A stretch of 64,000 nt of DNA from Octopus vulgaris (lineage: Eukaryota): the NCBI GenBank assembly GCA_951406725.2, contig OX597826.1, positions 5,642,001 through 5,706,000 of the forward strand, given 5' to 3'. Positions within the stretch are counted from its first letter, which is position 1. Every line of letters starts with the position of its first letter. Positions 13,180-26,721 of the stretch are shown here, piece after piece. The translations under genes and the position numbers were made by a program. The notes under the pieces were generated by a model, which worked only from the letters and a program-made list of their open reading frames with translations, did not search any database and was not told the DNA's origin.

Positions 13180-13716
13180 ATGGATGTGAAGCTAATTGAT
13201 GGTAACAACAATAACGGTATTATTGTCGGTGGTATTGCAGGTTGTAGTACAATTAATATTACGAATAATAATAGAAATAGTGTAGTTGTTAGCGCTAATA
13301 GTAATAAAAACAACAATCATAACAATAAAAACTTCGTCTCGATCTCGGGGGACAACCCTAAAAGAATTAAATTTTTGTCTAGTAATTCCAAAATTAAGAA
13401 TTCCATTTACCAGTGTAGAATTTCTGCCGGTACCAATGTTTTCTTCTATATAGGAGCGTCCACTTCTCAGTTATCCAAGAGCATTTCTAACCCCTATTCG
13501 ACATTCAGGGATAGGAAAAAACGACATAGTACAGGGCTAAGTAAATTAGTTTGGCGTGTTAAAGACAACAATATAATTTTCAAGTTGGATTGGTTTATAT
13601 TGTCTGTATCATTTCCTTTTGATAGGGGCAGGAGATTTTGTAACATTTGTAACTCTGAGCTCTTCCATATTCTTTTCCCTAGTAAACACACTCATAGAAA
13701 AATCGTACAAATGTAA
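13180..13716 (+). pseudogene. Penelope-type GIY-YIG endonuclease fragment with Asn-rich linker
   Basis: SIYQC...FYIGAST..LSKSISNPYSTF...STGLSKLVW.VK......LDWFIL...PF....FCNICNSELFHIL matches the PLE EN pattern; the expected R and H of the KRxxNH motif read as S and P; no RT upstream. Confidence 0.82.
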
Positions 13717-14208
13717 ACACTGGCAGAAACACAATTTCTACTCATATAAATGATAACGTTAGTCACTGTGGTTTTAACAATTAGCTTCACGTCCATCCCA
13801 CTGCTATAGAGAAATTCTTTCCTTAGCCTTCGAACATTCTTTCAATCAAGGTACACTTCACTCTCCACTTGTTCCCTACCTATTACTCTTTTATAACTTC
13901 CCTTACTACTACCTATCTTTGACGTCTGTCTCTCTCTCACACACGCAATCACACACACAGACACAAATGCAGTTATATACACACACATACACACACACAA
14001 ACACACGCACTCATTAACACAAGCACACACCCACGCATTTCCATACATACAGCGAACATACTGTCCCCTACCTATTTTTACTTCCTCCTACTATCCATTT
14101 TTTGACGTCAATGCTTATAACGGATTTTTAAAAAAAACACTCATTATCGCTTTGGTTACCATGTAGGCAATCATCGAAATTTTTGTTTGTCTTGTTGTCG
14201 AGAGAGGC

Positions 14209-14305
14209 TCCTTTTCTTTCCTGATGAGAAGATTGCATAATGCACCCTTTATTCCTTCGGAATGAAACTATGCTGTCTTCGAAACATGTGTCGAGAGTAA
14301 AGGAA
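14209..14305 (+). ncRNA. Type I hammerhead ribozyme motif, predicted cleavage after GUC at 14292
   Basis: Stem I CTTTC/GAGAG, extended by CCTTT/AAAGG; core CTGATGA at 14221; stem II GAAGAT/GTCTTC; GAAA at 14281; self-complementary helix III ACATGTGT. Confidence 0.8.
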
Positions 14306-14340
14306 ATTTGTTAACATCTTCGTTCGACTCCATTCTTTCA

Positions 14341-14406
<66 letters not shown>

Positions 14407-14520
14407 AATATACATACATACATGCACATACATACATATATCGATATACATACATACATGCACATACATACATATATCGATATACATACATACACGCACA
14501 CACACAGACACATATATTTA

Positions 14521-15440
14521 CTAACAGAAATACCCGGCGTTGGGCAGGTTAAATAAAGTAAAGAAATTTTTAAATGCCATCTAGATTACGCTGGTCTCAA
14601 CTGCTAGTAGCTGAAATACGAACTGTCTTTTCATTAATAGCTCTCCAGCTCACGCCAGCATGGATCATAGAAATTACGTGAACGTTTTAAAAAAATTCAA
14701 CTCATATATGTATATAAATTAAATACAGGTAATTCAAAAATACGCTTTGTGTAGCTTATTTCGTAACCGAAAAACAGATACAGATTATAAACAATGAAAG
14801 GGCGATTTCGGGGATTCGTTTCACAGAGGCTGTAGAGAGCCAATCCGATGGTTACCTCTGACCTAGGATCTTGAAACTTTGCATGAATCCCGCTTAGTTA
14901 TGTCTACTTGTGGCGCCAAATGATGTCATCTGAAGTGCAGCGTTGTGTTGTCTAATTTTGTTGTGGAAGTGCTTGAAATCATAGTTATTTGATGGCAGCA
15001 GTTTTTTAAATGTCTTTAGAGTTTGGGGGAGTTTAACCTTTCTACCTCTGTAACACAGTGCAGGTGTCTCTACAGACCACTTCCTTGCTTTACAATGTAT
15101 GCACTCGGTTGTCATTGCACCAATGGAAACTCTAGTGTCATCTGCATAATGAACTGCTGGATCATAATTGAAAGCTGCTTCATAGAATTTGCTTCTCTGA
15201 GCTGTTGCAACTGCTCTTTGTTCCTTGGTGCAGATTCTATTCCTCGTCAGCCGTCTATAGCTCTGTTCATCACTTTGAAATGCTCTGGCTTTTGTAGTGC
15301 ACAGTCCGTTTGTTTCTTGGCATGCTTCCTTTTCTGCAGTTGTCCCTCTTTCCCTGGACAGACGCCTTCTTTTGGCTGACCTTGACATTTTAGACAAATC
15401 TGACTCTTTCCTTCCTGGTATGGTCATATACGTATACAGA
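14521..15440 (-). mobile_element. Internally deleted Helitron (3' end at 14521; 5' end uncertain)
   Basis: Minus-strand terminus CCTGCCCAACGCCGGGTATTTCTGTTAG|T (degenerate subterminal hairpin plus a CTAG-like end before T), together with a RepHel fragment. Confidence 0.7.
14894..15390 (-). pseudogene. Helitron RepHel N-terminal zinc-binding region fragment
   Basis: AAFNYDP...VSIGAM..ECIHCKARKW..ET..LC..G.KVKLP...IRQHNAALQMTSFGAT is characteristic of Helitron RepHel N-termini; no Rep or helicase domains follow. Confidence 0.82.
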
Positions 15441-16741
15441 AATACACGGGTGCAGAAGATAGTAAACAATGAAAATAATTATATTTCCTTTTTTTTTCTG
15501 AAATGAAATAAGAAATGTTAATAGAAAATAAAGAATTGCATGGGTTGAACTGAAATTTTCACTTTGAACTTTGCAATTACATTCATTCTCAACAAAAAGG
15601 TTCTCAGTATATTACAGCCGTAAATTTTAGAAGCGAAGCCTGCCCATTTCTTATGCGAATTCTGTTCAAGTACTTCCTTAGAGTATATAATATTTTATAT
15701 TTTTCAGTTGAGAGACTTTTCGATATATAATATGAATTTTAAAACCCTCCTCTCATGTGAGACAAATTGTACTCTTTGTAAATAGCGTTTACCAAAATAT
15801 ACATTTTGTTATCTTTTGAGACAAGTTATCTTTACGAGAAACTGTCTGTGGCAGAGAATTGTAGCTTGTCTGTCTCAAACTGAGGATATTCAAAATTTAG
15901 AGATTAAGATCTTAACGAACGTTCATTTACTTCTTTGTTTTGTTAGTTTTGCCTTCTTAATATTTATATACTTTTTTTCCAAACTATATGAAAAAATATT
16001 GGATGGAAAATCAATGTTTGACACATATTCTGTAAAATAAACTGCCGTTGAGTAAAATATATATTAACAAACATAATTTAAAACATAAACATTAAACTAC
16101 GTCATGAAAAAACGCACCAGCAATAACAAAATCAATGACAAAATCAGCAAGGACAAGAGTCAGAATTTATGAACGAATGCATACCATTTTTAAAGTATCC
16201 TCACACATATACACACAACACACAACACACAACACACACATCTGTGCGTGTGTGTGTACGCGCCTGATATTTTATACAGAGTAATCAATCACGTTTGACG
16301 GTCAAATGGAATAACATCGAAATGGGTAAGCTAGGTTTAGTATGTTGTTGCTCATGGCATCGAAGAAAGATATTTCTCCAAATGAATGCCAGATGTACTC
16401 GACATTATTCTCTTTCAACTTGTTTGTTTAGTATAAGTACTAAATGACAGTTAAGCCTCTCGCAACCTCCACCAAAAACAAGTCATCAATAATGGAAGGC
16501 GATAAAATAACATCCGAATGACAAAATTTTCTGTTTTGACTGATGACTTAACTTGATGTCATTCTCTACATTTACGTTACATGAAATTGTTTTAGTCTAC
16601 ATCGAACTAGTTAGGGCCACATAGATGAATTTCAGAGTTACTCTAAGTATTATCTTATATAGTCGCTCTCAACCAAAGTCTATATGGTCCTGAGGGTCCA
16701 TATGAGATTTTTGGATGTATACAGAAAAAAAAATAATAATA

Positions 16742-17684
16742 TTGGATTGTCAGGAAAGCCCGTGCCGAATTGTAGTAGCTTACCTTTCGACTTATTTTAG
16801 AACAAGGTTGATTCCATAAAATAGGGGATTTGACTACACCTCCATTTAGAGGACAGTTTAAGCTATCTTTTCGTGAAAGAAAGTTTATTTCCTATAACCT
16901 GTGTTAATTCTGTAACCCTTTAAAATAGAAGATAAGAAAGATCATTTTCGGAAGTTGATACTTTGGGAACCAGAGAAAAATTCCTGCAGCTCGACTGGGA
17001 TGTGTTACCCCCATCTTCTATATTCACCAGATATTGCTCCTTCGGATTTCCACTTACTCAGGTCTCTGCAGAATAGTTTTAATAGTAAAAATTTCAATTC
17101 CTTGATGACATAAAAAATATACCTTAATGAATTCTTTGCCATGAAACCACCTCAATTCTGGGATGAGGGTATTTTCAAGTTAAAGGAAAGATGGAGACGC
17201 ATTGTGCAACAAAATTTTTCATATTTTGTTGATTAAAAATATAATGGCAAGTATTTATTGACTTTTTTCTTTCCTTTAAAAATCGGCACGAACTTTCCGG
17301 ACAACCCAATGATATTCGCATTTTGTTTTTCAAATACAGTTGAACTTTTCCGCCCCGATGCAGTTCGGCAGGCAAATTCTACTCTAAATCGCACACATTT
17401 TAAAGACAAAAATATCATTATGATATAAACCAGTAATAATAATATATAAGTACCACACTGTACATTTATGGATGATAATAACGAGATTTTGTAATGTTCA
17501 GGTTTTTGTCTTATCTTTTCGCAAAGGATTTGGCTTAAAAGAAAAGAAAAAAGTTGCTGCAACCCGAGTAAAAAAAGACTGATTTGTTTGGTATATTTCC
17601 AGAAGCTTATAATGAAAACTGTAGTGAGCTCTAAATGTAATTACTTTCCTTTAAAAATCGGCACGAACTTTCCGGACAACCCAA
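16742..17684 (+). mobile_element. Deleted mariner element with TIRs and a C-terminal transposase relic
   Basis: TA|TTGGATTGTCAGGAAAGCCCGTGCCGA at 16740; YSPDIAPSDFHLLRSLQN from 17021; right TIR AATCGGCACGAACTTTCCGGACAACCCAA ends at 17309 and occurs again ending at 17684 followed by TA. Confidence 0.85.
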
Positions 17685-18293
17685 TAATAATACACTAATA
17701 ATTCACAATATTGTTTTAAGGGTCTATAAAAAGATTTTGCTTTAGATGTATTTATTGGTATGCATTGCAAGAATCAGCTGAGTATATGTGAAAAATAAAA
17801 GAGGAATTTTGATAGAATGTTCTATTAAACTAGATTTTAAACATGGAAAGTCTAGGTGGGGTGTCCGCCAGAGAAAAATTGTGATGAAAGGAGTGGATAG
17901 ATAAATAATGGTTGAGAATCCCTGATCTAGTACATCAAACTGATGGGATCAATATACTTCAAATACGTGTATAGTTTAGTAGGGGTAAGTCAAAGAGCTA
18001 GTGGTAGATCAGTAACCAATAAGCAAGGTGAAAATCATCAGAGTTAGTAAATAGAAAATCTTATGTTCGATCGAAAAGCATCTCAGAAGCAGGCAAATCA
18101 AAGGGAAACGCCCTTAAATAAATCTATCATACACCTTGAAGATGTAAAGGAGAAACAACAGTTAGCACTCTCAAAATATATTTCTCTTAATGTATGTATT
18201 TGTAATTAAGTTTGTTTGTATCTATGTGTCAGTATTCAATTTATTTCAAGATTTCTTCCCAACAGAGAAAACTGGTTTCTAAACTACATCCAC

Positions 18294-18358
<65 letters not shown>

Positions 18359-18668
18359 GTGTGTGTGTGTGTGTGTGTGCGTGTAGGAAAAATATATATA
18401 TATACATACACACACACATACACACACGTATATATATATATGTATCTATTTTCATATGTATGTATGTGGCTGCCCGGTAAGAAGCTTGCTTCCTATGCGT
18501 GACGGCTAGGGTGACTGCCTTCTACTATATCCCCAGGCAGGACCCACCAGGGCCTAGTGAATTGAGTAAGTAGACCGGAACTGGAAGACTTCCGACGAAT
18601 ATAAACTTGTTTCTTTTTCTGTGTTATACCCCCTCCCCATCACTAGGCAAGAAACGTACGCATACATC

Positions 18669-18717
<49 letters not shown>

Positions 18718-18935
18718 GCATGTACATACCCACATAACTGAAGCAAAACCCATTGATACATTTGTTCTCTCCCGAGCGGGACTCACCCCTTGTTTCTGCT
18801 GTCAACAGAAAGGCAGTGAACCAGTAATTGGTTTGTTGAAAATCTGAAACCAACGCTCGCTATTTATTGCTATAAGAAATCTATAGAGTAAAAAGAGATA
18901 TAAATATGAAAGAGAACAACAGAGATTATATTTTT

Positions 18936-18981
<46 letters not shown>

Positions 18982-19059
18982 ATATGTATATATATGTATG
19001 TATATGTATATATGTGTGTGTGTGATATATATAATATATATGTTTATATATATACATAT

Positions 19060-19107
<48 letters not shown>

Positions 19108-19884
19108 ATATATATATATATGTATATATATGTATATATATATGTATATATATATATTCTATAATATTGTACATAGTATACAAGAATACAAGAGGCAACA
19201 GCTGTACTCAGTAATTACTGCACACATACTTCAAAAATAAATAATAAAATATGTATTAACGCAGGAAAATGCGTCAAAACCACTATAAGAATAGACCAAT
19301 CAATAACCATTCATAGAATTAAATGAGATTTATATTCTGCAATCAAAGAGTCAAAAACAGTCTTATAACGATATGTAGTCGCAGATGAAATAGATAATAG
19401 AGAAAATGAAAAATTTGAAGAGAAAATTAGGAAAGATAATAACATCTGGTGAACCAGAGGAATATTAAAGATGGAACTTAACTGAATATAACCAAAATAG
19501 ATAATATGAATAAATACATTAGTTATCCTAGTCACAAACTGAAGGTTCAATATAAAGAATTTGTTGTTAAGCCAAGCTACGAATTTCAATGGAAAAACAA
19601 GAAACAAATATATGCGTACCCAATCCATCATTTCTTGTATGATGGTGTTATAATGTATCTATCTCACATGCAGACGTATACTAAGAGAGAAAACAATGCG
19701 GAAATATTATGAAGCAGATAAGTGCATGTATGATAAGACGGAAGAAGATTCATTCCAGAAGTTTTGAGACTCCTTCAGGAGAAACACTTAGGCATCTCGA
19801 AGAAGTACAAAGCCCTTCTGGTTTGCTTCAAAGTAGGATCTTCTGACTTCAATGTACCTCCTAATGTGGTCCAGTTACTTCATG

Positions 19885-20190
19885 TGGAGGCACATGGCCT
19901 AGTGGTTAGAGCAGCGGACTCGCGGTCGAGGGATCGCGGGTTCGAATCTCAGACCGGGCGAAATGTGTGTTTATGAGCAAAACACCTAAGCTCCACGCGG
20001 CTCCGGCAGAAGTTAATGGCGAAACTTCTGTTGACTCTTTCGCCACAACTTTCTCTCACTCTTTCCTCCTGCATCTTGCAGCTCACCTGCGACGGACCGG
20101 CGTCCCGTTCAGGTGGGCAACCTATCCGCCAAGAAACCGGGAAACCGGCCCTTATGAGCCGGGCATGGTTCGAGAAGGAACAAACAACAA
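19885..20190 (+). mobile_element. Full-length tRNA-derived SINE, family D, with (AAC)n tail and 13-bp TSD
   Basis: A box TGGCCTAGTGG, B box GGTTCGAATCT; perfect TSD CAGTTACTTCATG at 19872-19884 and 20191-20203. Confidence 0.93.
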
Positions 20191-20947
20191 CAGTTACTTC
20201 ATGAATGCTCTATAGAAGTCTAAAACCTTTATCCCATCCTCCGTCATCTTTTCTTTTAGCTTGGGGAAAAAAATATCACAGGGAATTCTAAGGAGTGTAA
20301 GGGATAGTTCTGAGGTCCATCCTTCTGAAGTCGTCGGTGAAGTGGATGAAATTGCTCACTAGATTATAGCCCTGTTGGTGGTGTTATGGCCACAGTTTTA
20401 TGACTGAAAAAATTATTTACATTACATTTTGCTGACGACTACGAGCTAGTAAATGCGTTGTTCTACAGTAGGTTACTGAGTACCAAAGAATTTAACCCTG
20501 TATTACATTTAGAACGTAGTGTCTGCGGGCCAAGTAAGTGCTGTTAAGAAAATAACAGAAATGGGACTATAATATTATTTCATTTCCTCTAAAAAATAAA
20601 ATACTTGCATTCTATTTCATATGTTTTTTTCTACACCAAAAGGCGTTGACAAGAAATAGAATAGCACTGGATTCGTACATGCCCAAAGTATGAGGAAGTA
20701 ATATTCAAATACAGAAAAAAAAAAATTCACAGAGAGATAAACAATTTTCAACAGAAAATAAACTGAGAAAGAAAAAAGAAAAACCACGACACAAGCAGGA
20801 ACGCAGTTTCAGCTACTCACATTTCAACACAGAAAGCGCAAATTTGCTGAATATCCACAAAAATTGTGACAACAATTAGAGCGGTAACAACGGTTGCAGC
20901 AGCCAAGACAGCAGCACTTAGAACAGCAGCTGCAACAACAGTTTTAG

Positions 20948-21135
20948 TGGAGACGCAATGGCTCAGTGGCTAGGGCAGCGGACTCGCAGTCGTAAGAGCG
21001 CGGTTTCGATTCCCAGACCGGGCATCGTGAGTGTTTATTGACCAAAATCACCTAAGCTCTACAAGGCTCCGGCGGGGAAGAGGGGTGAGCCCCGCTGTAC
21101 TCTTTCACCACAACTTTCTTTCAATCTTTCTTCCC
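20948..21135 (+). mobile_element. Family D-related SINE (5' part)
   Basis: TGGCTCAGTGG..CAGCGGACTCGC..GTTTCGATTCCCAGACCGGGC..CACCTAAGCTC..CACAACTTTCT aligns to the copy at 19885. Confidence 0.8.
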
Positions 21136-21417
21136 ACTTCTGTCACAAAGCAGAGGAACCATGGTGTAACCTACTATGGTGTGGTAAACTTTCAGTCCCT
21201 AGTCTAGATTATGAATCCTCTGTAACCCAGGATGGTTCAGTTCTCCACTCGTCAAAAGCCACCGTTTACGGAATGAGGATAACAATGTAGCTTTCGCGCC
21301 CGTGCAACCGCCAGTCTATCGCGTGTGGTGGGTGGATCTTCAGGTTGCCACACATATTCTTAGAGTAGGCTCGAATTAGAGATTATTCTTTGTGGCTAAT
21401 GGCGTGAGTCCTGATTG

Positions 21418-21525
21418 GAAGAAGAAGAAGAAGAAGGAGGAGAAGAAGAAGAAGAAGAAGAAGAAGAAGAAGAAGAAGAAGAAGAAGAAGAAGAAGAAGA
21501 AGAAGAAGAAGACGAAGAAGAAGAA
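21418..21525. repeat. (GAA)n microsatellite
   Basis: Directly visible run. Confidence 0.95.
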
Positions 21526-21789
21526 GTAATACATGTAAGATATTAACGGAAGTTTCCAAATATAATCTCTTTTCAAATATGTTATAAATTGAAGGGATGG
21601 TATATGGAAAGAAGACAACGGAATGTTACAAACGCATGACCTTTCTTGTTCAAGAAATTTAACTAAAAATGGAAGATATATGACCATGTAGCATCCATTC
21701 ATGAAGATTAGAATTCTTTTATGCGTAATTATAAAACAGAAAATTCTAGACGATGTATGAAAAAAGTTCTTCTACTGATAAGGAAATAG

Positions 21790-22150
21790 CGTATAGAAAC
21801 ATGTGATTGGGGTTCATATCTGATGGATTACCTGGAAATATAGTTGACGGAAACAGTGCTCCGCAAAGTGGTGAGTAGGATGGCGTTGCAATGAAAGTAG
21901 TTCTTTAATATGAAGAATACAGCTGAGAAAAGAGTTTGTGATTCTGATGCACGGATCGCCGTCATTTTCGTAGAATGGACACGCAAAGCATGGGCCCTCG
22001 GGGTAAATGCATGACATAAATCTTAAAGGATTGTTCATAGATTTGCAAGTTCTGCCGACTTCAGAAAACCTCTACAAACTCGAGTTCGTAAGACATTACA
22101 GGCGCAGAATTTGTAACAGTCACAGTCGGTGGAACACCTCCGTTTTTACT
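21790..22150 (-). pseudogene. Degraded Tc1-type transposase relic
   Basis: The minus strand encodes YENDGDPC (similar to FQQDGAPC) and, in another frame, FPGNPSDMNP (similar to WPGNSPDLNPIE). Confidence 0.55.
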
Positions 22151-22485
22151 GTAGGGGCACAGAAAGCTAGAAAGCTAACGATAAACCATTAACAACAAGT
22201 CCTCGAAGCTGCAGCTTCCATATCATCATACGTCAAATTTACGAGTTTAAGGATAGCAATGCTACCGCGCTCTAAATAAGAAGACGATCACAATCTATGG
22301 TCTTCGTTTTTCATAACTATTAAAGTTACCCAATACATTTGAGACGGTGGAAGTAGATGGAGTATGAATGTTGGCAACTAAAAATTACCAAAGAAATTCT
22401 GACTAAAAAAAGAAATAAATTTTGGTTAAATTTGCCGCACCACGTGAGAAGGCACACATCTCTTCCGCTAACGGCTGAGGACCCC

Positions 22486-22575
<90 letters not shown>

Positions 22576-22751
22576 AACTGGCAGGGAAATCAGAAGCTTA
22601 GAGGAAGAATTATTGAAATTAGAAAAATTATTTAGTTTACTCGTAATAACAAATTAGAGTTATCTACATGGGAATCAGGTGTTTACGTGCTCATCTTTTC
22701 CTTTCTACGACACCCATTCCCCATATTTCTTCGACCCATATATGTTTATAT

Positions 22752-22788
<37 letters not shown>

Positions 22789-23930
22789 TATTAAACTATA
22801 TATATATACACATATATATATATATACATATATATAATAATATAAATAATATATACATACATATATAAATACTTACATCTATACATGTGTACATATACGT
22901 ATGTATATATGCATATATATATCATTTATATTATTATATGACTGAACGCAACGCATCCTTTTCCAAGTAAGCTTTATCTTCATAATTCTGATGCGACACT
23001 CTATTCTATCCTATTGCTCTTTCGTTTTCTCTCTTCTTTTCTCGCATTCTTTTACCGCCTCTTCTCCCTCTCTCTTATGCTTTCTCCAAATCTTTTCCTC
23101 TCCCTTTCGCAGTTCTCTGTCTGTTGCTCTCTCTCCCTTATTTTCCTCCCTTTGCATTCGTAGCTCCCACGTGACCATCACCTATATTTATTTCTCTCAC
23201 TATATTGCGTTTCTTTTTGTTGCAGCTGGAGGAACAGGACGCAGTCATGTCTGTCTTCTGTCCGAGCGATGTTTCTCCGCGTTCGCCACTTCACCTCATT
23301 AAGGCTTTGCATTACTTCCTGTTTGTTTTCACTGTCCTGTTTTTCTTACCGATTTTGACCCTCTGCAAAATCCCAAATTTCATTTACTTTACTTTGCGGC
23401 AGCAACTGTTTTCTCGGAAACGTATCTTGTCGTGAATTGCTCGAAATACGAAGTAGAAAAACAGCCGACAACTGATGAAGGATCGTTTTTTATGTTGCAT
23501 GTCTTATTTTCCATTTGTTTCTTTCGTTGTTGGAAAAAAGTTCATATTTATATTTATAAACGCTAATATAATATTAGATTTTTTTTTCACACATTACAAA
23601 ACAGGGGCAGTTGGAATTCTTGAGAAGAGAAATAACACTTGCTAATAGATAAATACTTATACGAGTGTATCTTGCTGAGAAACAGAATTACACACAACTT
23701 TGGGAATATTTCTCAAGCAGGCGTGAAAATATTCAAGACAATAATATCTAACTTTTAAAGAAGTGTTGATGTTGATATTAGTACTGGTTTGTTACATCTG
23801 TATACCATGCGGTGTATCAGGTTGAATTAGATTGGTTATTCGTTGATGATTATATGTATGTTTAAACGTATCTACGTATGGAAGGAATGCTCATACACAT
23901 GGAAACACACATACGCACACACACATACGC

Positions 23931-24005
<75 letters not shown>

Positions 24006-24268
24006 TGGATTAAAGTTTATATGTATAAATGTATACATATGTGTACGTGTGTGTATGTATATGTGCATAGGTGTGGCTTTCTGCGTAGGAGTATTAGTAT
24101 TCCATATATTTTTGGGTATTCCGCATTTCCTTCTTACTCGCTTAAGTTTATCATTCCCAGTGTAATTGCTTTTGCCTTTTCGGATGAATCATGTATATAT
24201 AACCACATACACACAGAACAACACACCCACCAAAATATACACACAGACATATATATATACATATATAT

Positions 24269-24367
<99 letters not shown>

Positions 24368-24389
24368 AATATATGCATATTTATATATT

Positions 24390-24420
<31 letters not shown>

Positions 24421-25384
24421 GTGTGTATATATTTGTTTTGTAAGTATGTTCTCAGTCCGTTTATAGTATGTAGTAGCTGTCAGAAATTTGATATTGTATT
24501 TGTGACTATACAAATTGTACATGTGTGAAGCGTTAAGAAATTTTATACCATTGATGGTTTGTATCTTTTCTTCCGCCATCACTTTCTGTTTTGCTTTGAG
24601 TAATCTTTTTTTTTTTTGCTATTCTTCAAAGAAAATCTGCAAAATGATTTTGAATTTCCATTGCAAATATTCCTTCTCATTACATTTCAGATATCTGCTT
24701 CTAAGTCTCAGTTTGGCCTGCTTTCTCACACAGGCATACTTCTTTGTACAAACATACATCGAGAGATAGAGACGTACATAGACACACACATATATATAAT
24801 AAGAATAATGTGTGTGTGTGTATGAGAGTATGATTTTATTTGAGAGTATCTTATTTCTGAATGTATTTAGTAAAAAAAAATGCTAAACTAAATAAAAGGA
24901 CAACAAAAGAGCAGAAACAAGTCTAGTATTGAGTATCTACTGGAAGAGTCTGCCCGAATCATTATATATAATTACCTCCTTTTTCACCGATATATCTTTT
25001 ACTTCCTGCTCCTCTATACTAGAGAGTAGCTTCAACGTTTGCCTCCTCGATTCTCACTCTTTATGTATAATGCTGATTGCTCGCTTCATCTAATTAACGC
25101 AGTCGTTCGAGTATGGTGAAGTAGTTAATTCTTAACTATGGGATATAGATAACATGGATATCGATGTCATTGTGGGACCCATCTCATTTATTCGTATATA
25201 TAGATATATACATATATACAAATATATGTATATATATATGTATGAATGCATCTAATTTGTATATGTATATATATATGAATATAAATATATATACATACAT
25301 ATACATGTACATATATATATGTATATATATATGTATATACATGTACATATATATATGTATATATATATGTATGTACATATATAC

Positions 25385-25434
<50 letters not shown>

Positions 25435-25584
25435 TTGCGTGGTAGTGTTTACATACATTCTCAGAGCTATACTTGTATACATGTGAGTGAATATGTTTAC
25501 AGAGAGAAAGATGTATCAATACATCTATGTTCCTTCCTTCTTTTATTCCTTCCTTCCTTCATTTCTTCTTACCTACTTATCCAC

Positions 25585-25602
25585 TTATCTATCTATCTAA
25601 CC

Positions 25603-25695
<93 letters not shown>

Positions 25696-25720
25696 CCTAC
25701 CTATCTATCTATCTACCTAC

Positions 25721-25785
<65 letters not shown>

Positions 25786-25820
25786 AATCTATCTACCTGT
25801 CTGTCTGTCTGTCTGTCTGC
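25585..25820. repeat. (TATC)n / (TACC)n / (TGTC)n tetranucleotide array
   Basis: Directly visible. Confidence 0.95.
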
Positions 25821-26721
25821 CAATGTATTGTGTCGCTTAGTTCCTTTCTCTCTTTTTCAGTATGCAAATTTCAGTTAAAGTTTATTCGAAGCAATTTTTT
25901 TATTCACAAAGTTATTCATCATCAAAGTGGCTGATATTACTGGAATATACCCGGATAATACAGTTACGTCACATTCACATGATATCATCTTTTGAAATAT
26001 TCCATCACTACCATCGCGTGTCACTAACGACGGGAGAAATTTTAATTAAATCTGATATTTTGTTACATAAGGCATCCATAATATGACATCAAAACAATTC
26101 GAATATGAAACTTTAGATCATTTTCACTCTTCATAACTGAATATATTGTGCATTGTCTATAAAGATAAGTTAACTGATGAGGATTTACATCATTGTTTCT
26201 GCAAGCTCTATCGATCGGTGAATTTCGTAAATACACGCTAAAGATATTGCGAAGTCACAGCCATATTAAATGCTGTTTTTTTATTATTGTTCAACGCTGG
26301 GAAAGGTGATGAAACTGATGCACATCAGAGGAAAGATCCAGCTATGATATAAGGGGTGCAACGAAATCTGAGCTTCAGAAGGCGTTGTTTATTATATCTG
26401 ATTTTGAAGAGTTCATTTGAAGTAGTTCAAAATGTAGATAAACCTCCGGGAATATACTGTTTAGACCCGTCCCTTACTTCGGGCACTTCCTTGTACATAG
26501 CGATGGAAGTTATTGTAACTGTGTGCTCACGGTATTTACTGTGTATACTCTACGAGCTCAAATTACAATAAACCTATTAGTTCTCTCATTTTAAAAGTAA
26601 ATTATACTTGCCAGGACAACATTATTTCCTAACCACTCGCCAGAACACAAAGCTTAATTTCCTACAATGCAAACTCGAATTTAGTGTGTGGGTGTCTAGT
26701 TAACAATATTGCAACACGCAT

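Larger units (their letters stand above)
12661..14330 (+). mobile_element. 5'-truncated Penelope-like element: GIY-YIG fragment between inverted pseudo-LTRs (arms about 12670-13198 and 13778-14326)
   Basis: The arms are reverse complements of each other over more than 500 bp; each carries an HHR; the spacer encodes a PLE-type endonuclease. A 5'-inverted pLTR is a known PLE architecture. Confidence 0.88.

Noticed and set aside
19885-19960. Possible tRNA gene (also 34176-34250 and 20948-21020)
   Set aside because: A and B boxes are present but there is no complete acceptor stem. The sequence continues into a repeat body, with a tail and TSD for the 19885 copy, so these are SINE heads.
23465-23500. 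CTGATGAAGG core-like motif
   Set aside because: No stem II closure or GAAA in a compatible position.
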